This document shows, piece after piece, positions 50,320 through 61,100 of a stretch of DNA of 64,000 bases. Origin of the DNA: Isurus oxyrinchus (taxonomy: Eukaryota). Under the pieces are notes generated by a model, which searched no databases, was not told the DNA's origin, and saw only the letters and a program-made list of their open reading frames with translations. Position 1 is the stretch's first letter. Each line of letters opens with the position of its first letter. The DNA lies in NCBI GenBank assembly GCA_026770705.1, contig JANJGN010000557.1:62001-126000 (forward strand), written 5' to 3'. The translations under genes were made by a program, and so were the position numbers.

Positions 50320-51851
50320 TTAATTATTGATACTGAACGTAGTTTGATTATTGATACTGAACAGGGTTTGATTATTGATTCTGAACGGGGTTTGACTATT
50401 GATACTGAACGGGGTTTGATTTTTAATTCTGAATGATGTTTGATTATTGATACTGAACGGGGATTGATTATTGATCCTGAACGAAGTTTGATTATTGATA
50501 CTGAATGGGGTTTGATTATTGATTCTGAACGGTGTTTGATTATTGATACTGAACAGGGTTTGATTATTGATTCTGAACGGGGTTTGATTATTGATACTGA
50601 ACGGGGTTTGATTTTTAATTCTGAATGGGGTTTGATTATTGATACTGAACGGGGTTTGATTATTGATACTGAAAGGGGTATGATTATTGATTCTGAACGG
50701 GGTTTGATTATTGATACTGAACGGGGTTTGATTTTTAATTCTGAATGGGGTTTGATTATTGATACTGAACGGGGTTTGATTATAGAATCTGAACGGTGTT
50801 TGATTAGTGATACTGAACGAAGTTTGATTATTGATACTGAACGGGGTTTGATTATTGATTCTGAACGGGGTTTGATTATTGATACTGAACGGGGTTTGAT
50901 TATTGATACTGAATGGGGTTTGATTATTGATGCTGAACAGGGTTTGATTATTGATCCTGAACGAAGTTTGATTATTGATATTGAATGGGGTTTGATAATT
51001 AATTCTGAACGGGGTTTGATTATTGATTCTGAACGGGGTTTGATTATTGATTCTGAAAGGGGTTTGATTATTGAATCTGAACGGTGTTTCATTCTTGATC
51101 CTGAACGAAGTTTGATTATTGATACTGAATGGGGTTTGATTATTGATTCTGAACGGGGTTTGATTCTTGATACTGAATGGGGTTTGATTATTGATTCTGA
51201 ACGGGGTTCGATTATTGATCCTGAACGAAGTTTGATTATTGATATTGAACGGGGTTTGATAATTAATTCTGAACGGGGTTTGATTATTGATTCTGAACGG
51301 TGTTTGATTATTGATCCTGAACAGAGTTTGATTATTGATACTGAACGGGGTTTGATTATTGATTCTGAACGGGGTTTGATTATTGATTCTGAACGGGGTT
51401 TGATTATTGATTCTGAAAGGTGTTTGATTATTGAATCTGAACGGGGTTTGATTATTAAAACTGAACGGGGTTTGATTATTGATTCTTTACGGGGTTTGAT
51501 TATTGATTCTGAACGGGGTTTGATTATTGATTCTGAACGGGGTTTGATTATTGAATCTGAACGGGGTTTGATTATTGATGCTGAACGGGGTTTGATTATT
51601 GATACTGAACGGGGTTTGATTATTGAATCTGAACGGGGTTTGATTATTGATTCTGAACGGGGTTTGAGTATTGATACTGAACGGGGTTTGATTATTGATA
51701 CTGAATGGGGTTTGATTATTGATTCTGAACAGGGTTTGATTATTGATACTGAACGGGGTTTGATTATTGATTCTGAACGGGGTTTGATTATTGATTCTGA
51801 ACGGGGTTTGATTATTGATACTGATCGGGGTGTGATTATTGATTCTGAACG
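50320..51851. repeat. 24-bp minisatellite (TTGATTATTGATTCTGAACGGGGT), ~64 units
   Basis: Direct inspection; the minus-strand frame is open as (SESIIKPR)n. Confidence 0.97.
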
Positions 51852-53829
51852 GTGTTGGGTGTGAGTTTGGTTGGGTTTGGGAGTGACTGTATAAAACATT
51901 GCAGATACAGGACTGGAGCAGCCATATCAATAACCAGGCTACTGGAGCAGCTGAGAGGCTGGGGATCCTATGGTGTGTGACTCACCTGATTCCTCAAAGC
52001 CCAACCACGCTCACAGTTTTCATAAACAGGACCTCGATATTCATCAACACGGTGGTTCGATTTGATTCCTGCTTTCCCCTCGCCTCTCTTCTGTAATAGA
52101 GATGGAAATGGACAGAGTGACAATCAACATGATGTGTATTCGGTGTTGGGTTTGATTATTGGGGAGAGAGTTCCAGATTTCCACTCCCCTTTGTGTGAAG
52201 AAGTGCTTCCTGACATCACCCCTGAATGGCCTGGCTCCAATCTGAAGTTCCAGCCCCCTTGTTCTGGACTCCACCCGACCCCCACCACCCACCCCCACCC
52301 GAGGGAATAGCTTCTCTCTATCGACCCTATCGAGTGTTTAATCAGTTTGAACCCCTCAGTTAGATCCCTCCTTAATCTCCTAGACCTGAGGGAATATAAT
52401 CGTAGACTGTGTGTAACCTGTCTGCATAATTTAACCAGAAAGATGTTCTGTACAACAGACTTGAGCCTCACACCCAGATCTCAATAATCAGTAGAAATCT
52501 TTCAAAGGCATCAATCATTGGAATCTGTCTTTATAAAGTCACAACATCAACAAAGGACGGTGTTGGTGGTGGAAGGGAATTCCAATCGTTCCGTTACTTA
52601 CCCAGTACCTGTCCGACTGCTCGCCTGGGGAGGAACTGCCCACACGCTCTGCTTGGGCTGAATGACCTCTTCCTGTGCTGCTCCCTCTGTGTATTTAATG
52701 AGAAACGGTTGATGTGTCTCTGTGAGTCAAATCAGGAATTGGGGAACAATTGTGAAAACCCTTTCATTGAAACGTAGGGCCTTAGTTTTGTGTTGTAAGC
52801 AAACTGTTAACTCTTTGTGTCCTGACCCTGTGACGTGATTCTTGTGTAAAGTTGAACAGTCGTTGAGCGAGTTTCAAATCACTGCTCACTCCAGGTGTTG
52901 AGGTGGATTTTCTGAAGGAGCAGATGTTGCTCAGCGCTCCTTAAAAATGTGAGATCCTGAACAATGTGTAAGAGGACGAGAGAAAGAATGAGAAGGAGAG
53001 CATTAGTGGAGATAAGAGAGAGAGTGAATGAGAGAGAGAATGACAAGGAGAGCATTAATGGAGTTAAGAGAGAGAGTGAATGAGAGAGAGAGAGAATGAG
53101 AAGGCCAGCATTAGTAGAGATAAGAGAGAGAGTGAATGCAACAGGGAAAATGGAAAGAGATTGCATTCACTAACAAAAGAAAGGTTTTCATTTATATAGC
53201 ACTTTTCACATCCTCAGTAGGTCACAAGGTATTTTATGGTCCAGGTCAACACTGCCAGTTACAGGACTGCGTTGTGAAACAGTGAATGTTGGATGAGATG
53301 TGAAACAGTGAGTGAACATCAAAGCTCTTCAGGGGCTGTGAAGGGTTTTGTGTTGTCAAAGGTGCTATAGAAATGCAAGTTCTTTCTATAAGGAGAGAAG
53401 GTTGAAGAAAACATGTTCAAAAACAACCAATTAAAGCTTCACACTTACTTTCTCACACACTTGAAGATGAAGAATCCACTCAGTCCAACACTCAAACAGA
53501 TTCCAGCTCCAAGCAATCCTGCTTTCCATTATTGGAATCTCGCCCTGTAAAATCAGCCAATGAATGACTCCGGTACAGTTTGAGAATGGTTCCCTATGTA
53601 CATGTAGTAATTCTGAACTTGTGAAGTGATATTGTCTATGCATGAAAGATCTATACAAATAACATTTATCTATGTAATATTTATTGATAATATCCATGTA
53701 CATGCAGGTTTCTATAAGGAGGATTCACATATAACAGAGGTGCCAAGCTGCTGAGGTGACACACAGGACTACATACACACCAAACAGTGGAAACAACATG
53801 CTATAGACAGAGCAAAGCGATCCCACAAC

Positions 53830-54760
53830 CAACGGGTCAGATCTAAGCTCTGCAGTCCTGCCACATCCAGTCATGAATGGTGATGGACAATTAAAGATCT
53901 AACAGGAGGAGGATGTTCCACAAATATCCCCATCCTTAATGATGGGGGAGCTCAGCACATCAGTGCAAACGACAAGGCTGAAGCATTGGCAACCATGTTC
54001 AGCCAGAAGTGCTGAGTGGATGATCCATCTCAGCCTCCTCCAGAGGGTCCCAGCATCACAGATGTCAGCTTTCAGACAATTCGATTGACTCCACGTGACA
54101 TCAGGAATCAGCTGATTATACTGGATACAGCAAAGGCTATTGGCCCTGGCAACAACCCAGCAACAGGAAATAATGTGGCTACAAGAGCGGGTCAGAGGCT
54201 GGGAACTCTGTGGTGAGTAACTCACCTCCTGACTCTCCAAAGCCTGTCCACCATCGACAAGGCACAAGTCAGGAGTGTGATGGAATAATCTCCAATTGAT
54301 GAGTGCGGCTCCAACAACACTCAAGAAGCTCAACACCATCCAGGAGCAGCTTGTTTGATCGACAGCCCATCCACAGCATAAACATTCATACCCTCCACCA
54401 CTGGCACACAATGGCAGCAGTGTGCACCATCTACAAGATGCACTGCAGCAACTCACCGAGGCTCCTTCGACAGCACCTTCCAAAGACTTAACCTCTTCCA
54501 CCAAGACAGTTCCAAGTCAGTGAGGTGTGTGACTTGGAGGCGAACTTGTGGTGGTGGTCTGCCCTGGGACTTGGAACTATATCAGCCGTTCCTTCACTGT
54601 CGCTGGGTCAAAATCCTGGAACACCCTCCCCAACAGCACTGTGGGTGTACCTACATCACATGGACTGCAATGGTTAAAGAAGGCAGCTCACCACCACCTT
54701 CTCAAGGGGCAGTAACAGATGCGCAATAATTTCTGGTCTTGTCAACAATGCCCACATCCC
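53830..54760 (+). mobile_element. Internally deleted LINE of the same family as 15365-17330
   Basis: Shared segments ACAAATATCCCCATCC.TAATGATGG, GGTCAGAGGCTGGGAAC and a LINE 3' end. Confidence 0.75.
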
Positions 54761-56596
54761 ATGAGCTAATAACAAGAGAACGTTCAATTCTGTGTAACTC
54801 ATGTTCCACAGTGATGGTTATGACCCCCTCCACTGCTCCATGTTCATTCTCTGCCACACACTGATAGTCTCCAGTGTCCCTGGATGTAACATGAGGAATC
54901 ACCAACCACAGCTCATTGTTGGAACTTGTTCTGTTCATTGGGATATTAAGATGTCGCCACGTCAGCTTAGAAGCTGGGAAGCTCTCGACAGAGCAGATTA
55001 TTACTGCAGAATTCTCCTCAATGATATTGATCGATGAAGCGTTAATCATATAAAGAGAAGTAATTGAGAGATTCTGTGGGGCATCTAAAAACATAAAGAT
55101 TTTAATGTGAGCAAGCACAGTGCACAGCAAGACTCCATGCATCATCTCTCTGTATCTGATGTCTGAATGCAATTCCAGGCACCTTCCTCAGCATACGTTC
55201 CTCTGTCACATTTACAATGGATACTGCCTATGTAAACTGTCACACTGCAGTTACATTCTCCCACCCATTGAGGTGCTGTCCATCTAGAATGAAAGAACCT
55301 TCCATTCACATCCTCAGTATTTCACCAAGGGCTGGGCAGGCAATGAATTGTATTTGACCAATGGAGCACTGAGGGGTAAATCTACATTTCTCTGTTCAGG
55401 AGGTTGCTCCATCCAATTCAGGGTCTTGTTGATCTGGAGTTTCCCTTCCTTCAACACAGAATTAGAGCTGACACCGGGACTCCAGTGCAGTGAATGTTTG
55501 TGTGTGCATGTGGTAGATCATTTGTGTATATGTGTTCAAATCTGAGAGAGATGTTGAAGTCTGTGTAACTCACATTCCACAGTGATGGTTATGAACCCCT
55601 CCACTGCTCCATGTTCATTCTCTGCCACACACTGATAGTCTCCAGTGTCCCTGGATGTAACGTGAGGAATCACCAACCACAGCTCATTGTTGGAACTTGT
55701 TCTGTTCATTGGGACATTAAGATGTCGCCACGTCAGGTTAGAAGCTGGGAAGCTCTCGACAGAGCAGATTATCACTGCAGAATTCCCCTCAATTATATTG
55801 ATTGATGAAGCGTTAATCATATCAAGAGAAGTAATTGAGAGATTCTGTGGTGTGTCTGAAAACAAATGAAGATCAGTTACTTACACTGACTGTGAAGCAC
55901 TTTGAGAGACACTGAGAATGTGAAAGGCGTGATATCAATGTAGGTTCCTTCACCACAAAGCACGTAACCCAGGCAGACACTTCAGTTCAGTAAGGAGTGA
56001 GTGCTGACCTGTCAGAGGGTCAGTACTGAGGGAGTGCTGCACTGTCAAATGTTCAGTTCTGAAGGAGTGCTGCACTGTTGGAGGGTCAGTATAGAGGGAG
56101 TGCTGCACTGTCGGAGGGTCAGTCCTGAGGCAGTGCTGCACTGTCGGAGGGTCAGTACTGAGGGAGTGCTGCACTGTCAGAGGGTCTGTACAGAGGGAGT
56201 GCTACACTGTCAGAGGGTCAGTACTGAGGGAGTGCTGCACTGTCAGAGGGTCAGTACTGAGGGAGTGCTGCACTGTCAGAGGGTCAGTACTGAGGGAGTG
56301 CTGCACTGTCAGGGGGTGAGTACATTGTGATTCCTGCTCTGCTCTATCGGTCTCTTGGCTGTAAATAAAAGCCGCTGTGTTACTGTTCAGAAACTGTTAT
56401 TAATGTTGTGCTGGTCACTATTTTCCTGAAAAAACAGATGATCTGTTTCTCATCACAATACCTCTCTATGGGATCCTTCTATGCATAATCTAGAATATTC
56501 CAGCTAATCTGGAATGAAGGATGTCTGTACTTACATAGCACAGTTAGTACGAGGGTCCGCTCCAATGAAACAGATGGATATCTCACTCAGCAGCTG

Positions 56597-56862
56597 NNNN
56601 NNNNNNNNNNNNNNNNNNNNNNNNNNNNNNNNNNNNNNNNNNNNNNNNNNNNNNNNNNNNNNNNNNNNNNNNNNNNNNNNNNNNNNNNNNNNNNNNNNNN
56701 NNNNNNNNNNNNNNNNNNNNNNNNNNNNNNNNNNNNNNNNNNNNNNNNNNNNNNNNNNNNNNNNNNNNNNNNNNNNNNNNNNNNNNNNNNNNNNNNNNNN
56801 NNNNNNNNNNNNNNNNNNNNNNNNNNNNNNNNNNNNNNNNNNNNNNNNNNNNNNNNNNNNNN
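56597..56862. other. Assembly gap (266 N)
   Basis: Run of N inside copy D. Confidence 1.
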
Positions 56863-59822
56863 ACTGTCGGGGGGTCAGTAGGAAGTTGCTCTGCAATGTC
56901 AGAGGTGAATTTTTATCAATAAAAGCAGATGATCTGTTGTTAAACAAACTGTATTTTATGGGTTTTTGCTGTGAAACATGTGGACTATAATGGCCAATGT
57001 AGAATGAAGGTCGTCCGTACTTACCTTGCACAGTGAGTACGAGGGTCCGCTCCGATGAAACAGATGGATATCTCACTCTGCAGCTGAGAGTGTGTCCGTG
57101 GTGTTTGAGTGATGGGATCAGGGTCAGAACAGAAGTATAGGTCAGAGTGACACCATGCTGAGTTACAGTGTTTGAGACTGATCCAGGTACGTCAGTGGGA
57201 GTGTCCCAGGTTAAGACAGGTGCTGCTGTTCCATTGCACGTTGTGTTGAAGGTGCAGCTTACATCCACACGCTTTCCTGCAATAATTTCAGCAGGGAATA
57301 TCGTGGGTTTATCTGTGAAATCTAACAGACAGGGAATGGATCCTTTTAGAGAAATATAACGTGAAGAATCAGTTCAAATAGAAACCACAGTCCCACAAGA
57401 GAAAGCACTTTTACAAGGATGATATCAGAACTGAGAGGTTACAATGATCAGGAAAGATTTTCTTGCTCTTTGGCAGTAGTGTTTCTGTCTCTCAGCTTAA
57501 TACACGTTCACTCCGAGACATGTGAATTGAGAACACTGGATGAGAGAAGAGGCTCAGACCAGAGATTGGAGTTAAAAGCAGAATACTGTGGATGCTGGAA
57601 ATCTGAAACAAAAACAAAAATTGCTGGAAAGACTCAGCAGGTCTGACAGTATCAGTGGAGAGGAAGACAGGGTTAACGTTTCGAGTCCGTATGACTCTTC
57701 ATCAGACCAGAGGTTTGAGTTCACTGGCTTCTCATTTCCTCAGTGATCTGGGTGATTTATTACATTGTGGTTTGCTGGATCTTGCTGTGCACAAACTGCC
57801 TGCTGTGTTTAACATCTGTGACCACAATTCAGGAATAATTTCATTGGCTGTGAAGGGATTTGGATCCACCTGAGGTGGTAAATTGCGCAGCAGAAATGCA
57901 CATCTTTCTTTTATCGATACGTCAGACTTTTAAACAGGACAGGAGAGATTGATGGGAATGGATAACCTGATAATACAGTTAATGCTTTTCATCATCGATA
58001 GTAAAGTGAGTATTAGAGGTTGCTTTAGGACTGAACTGGAAGCTATCAGCAGGTTATTGAGAATCAGACAGTGTGTTATAATAAACTGGGTTTTGTGTTA
58101 ATATATAAACGTCACAGTTTGTGTTATTTCCCATTGAGAGTTGAAAGTGAATTGTTGAGTAATTATAACACAGCACTTACCAGAAACGTGAAGCTGGGTT
58201 ACAGGATAGTAGCTGTATTTATTTCTGCTGTCAAATTCTATTCTGAAAAAATAAGGTCCTGCATCTTCCCGTCTGATGTTGTTTATAATCAGGGAACAGT
58301 CGCCATCTTTCAGGTCTCCAGACAGCCGGGTCCGATGGTGGAACCGTGGTAACTCGTGACTGTGATCCTTGGAGTGAAAGGCTATAGACGATGTTCTCCA
58401 TTCCTCATTATTAAACCAGACTCCAACTCGTGGTTGCTTTTCCAAATGTGATGGATAACTGTAATGACATGGAATCTGTACACACGAACCTTCCTGCGCT
58501 GTCACCTCTCGTGGAGTGTCACCTTTCCACTCTTGTGACAGTCCAACTGTGGAGAGAAATATCAATACTTAATTCTGGATGTTTTTTCGATCCACTAGAC
58601 TTGATATCCAACCCCTCCATCACTGGGGCACATTGGCTGCAGTGTGGACCATCTACAGGACACACAAGGAACTCCCCAAGGTTTCACAATGGATGGAAGA
58701 GAATCCTGGATACGGGAGTGGACAAGTTCATTCTACATTGGCTCATGGTCCTCAGGACCCTGTTTAGCTTTTTTTCAAATTATTCATTCATGGAATTTAT
58801 TGCCCATCCCATGTCCATCAGAGGTATTTAAGAGTCAACCACATTGCTGTGGGTTTGGAGTGACATGTAGGCCAGACTGGGTAAGGGTGGCAGATTTCCT
58901 TCCCTATAGGTGATCAGTGAACCAGGCTTTTTAATCCCATTCATCTGCTGTGATAGGATTCACACCCAGGGCCCCAGAGCATCACCCTGGGCCTCTGGAA
59001 TACTCGCCCAGTGACAATACCTCTCTGCTACCGCTTCCCCTTAGTGAAGCCAGTCTTCCACTCAGAACTCCCCCCATTATCACCGTCATGAATCACTAAT
59101 TAGCCTAACATTCCTGTCTGCTCTTCAACACAGCTGATTGGTTAATCTGATTCAATCTGATTGGTGTTCATTCCCTCTTCAATGTTTAAGGAATCACCAA
59201 TCACTCGGCCTCTAGTTATTCTCCTGCCCACAAGAGGGAACATTCTCTGTCTACCCAGTCAATCAAAACCTTTCATCTAAACCTAGTGGTGCTTGAGTAT
59301 ATAGTCGGGAATCCAGGGCAATGGAGCCTCAGGAGAAGAGATGGAAACCCTGTGAGGTGGAACGTCACTGAGGCCATCCGAGTTGAAGCGACTTTTGGAG
59401 AGAATTCCAAGGCAAGATCTTCGAAGTTGAAGATTGGAATCCCTCATGAGAGAAACAGAGTTTCAGTGAGATTGGTTGACTGACAGTGTTCACTGATGTC
59501 CGGGTGGGTTGTTGTGAAATCCATGGGCTCTATCTTGGTTGCGTTTACAATTTAATGAGTAATGTGGCTGTGAGACCACAGTTTGCCTGTTAATTCACAT
59601 GAGCTCATATTAATCCAGAATGTTAGGGTATAAGGTGGATATTGTGAATTATTTTATCTTTCTGAGCTGGTAAAGTTTATTTTTGTTTGTTTAAAAGCCA
59701 TGGAATCTTGTAGCTTTATTCTCTTCGCAAGCATCTTAAATCTCAAACCTCGTCTACTTGAAACAAAATATTATTGGTTCCTAACTGTAAATTATCAAAA
59801 AAAATTGGGTGTCTCTTCCTCC

Positions 59823-61100
59823 ATCAGCAACTCTTCAGAATCCTGCTGAAGTCACGGATATTTCAGAAGGACAGGGAACAAGAGGTTTCTGGTATCAGCG
59901 TTTTGTGTGGGGCCCAGTTCAGTTTGAACAAATAAACAACACCATCTTTGAAAGTCATGAACCCACCACAGCGGCACCTCCGACACATGCAGAGCTCAGG
60001 CGAGAGGCGCTTTGTTAGTGTGTTTCACAGGGTCTGCTGGAGTAGGGTCAATGCTGAGAGGGTCTGCTCAAGGATCATAACAACCTGCACTTGCACCTTC
60101 CAAGTAATAAGATTTTGTAAATGTATTCATTCATGGGATGTGGGCGTCGCTGCCAAGGCCAGCATTTGCTGCCCATCTCTAATGTCCCGTGATATAATCT
60201 CTGTAGCAGAGTAGAGACAATCATGATCACTCAGGATATTTGACATCTATCCACATGAACAGCTTTACCTTCCTTCTCTCTTTCAGTTATCTTACTCCCT
60301 TATTGAAGTTTCTAGCATGGTGAGAACTGGATGGTTTGCTCGGACATTTCAGAGGAACCACGTTGCTATGAGTCTGGAGTCACATGTAGGCCAGACCAGA
60401 TATAGACGGCAGATTTCCTTCCCTAAAGGCCATTAGTGAACCAGATGGGTGTGTATGACAATCGATGATAGTTTCATGTTCTCCATTACTGAGACTAACT
60501 CCCATTAGTGTAAACAGAGTGAACAGTTCTCCATTGATCCCACCTTTCCCGTTCTCTCCGGTATTTTACACACTATTGCTCGATAATTTGATTCTGCCAA
60601 GGACCCCTTGGAAAATCATGGACCCCAATTAGACAACCAATGGAATAAGGAATCTCTTTGGATTCTTACTGCCAAAGGAATCTCTTTGGATCCTCATTGT
60701 CTAAGGAATCTCTTTGGATCCTCATTGTCTAAGGAATCTCTTTGGATCCTCATTGTCTGAAGAATCTCTTTGGATCCTCATTGTCTAAGGGATTATTTAT
60801 GATCCAAACCCCATATTGTTGTATTGTTGATTCCGATGCAGCATTGTAGACTGACTTGTCCCCAAGCTCAGCACTGACCCTACTCCAGCAGACCCTGTGA
60901 AACACACTAACATAGTGCCTCTAGCCTGAGCTCTGCATGTGTCGGAGGTGCCGCTGTGGTGGGTTCATGACTTTCAAAGATGGTGTTGTTTATTTGTTCA
61001 AACTGAACTGGGCCCCACACAAAACGCTGATACCAGAAAACTCTTGTTCCCTGTCCTTCAGAAACATCTGTGATTCAGCAGGATTCTGAAGATTTGCTGA
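59823..61100. repeat. ~180-bp inverted repeat pair (59823-60000 / 60925-61100)
   Basis: GAAAGTCATGAACCCACCACAGCGGCACCTCCGACACATGCAGAGCTCAGG versus its reverse complement at 60925. Confidence 0.9.
60645..60792. repeat. 27-bp tandem repeat GGAATCTCTTTGGATCCTCATTGTCTA, ~5 copies
   Basis: Shorter versions at ~27585-27660 and ~38355-38400. Confidence 0.85.

Noticed and set aside
50440-51864. Plus-strand 474-aa (IIDTERGL)n ORF
   Set aside because: Antisense frame of the minisatellite; no splice or promoter support.
56514-57268. ORFs spanning the N run
   Set aside because: Artefacts of translating through the gap.
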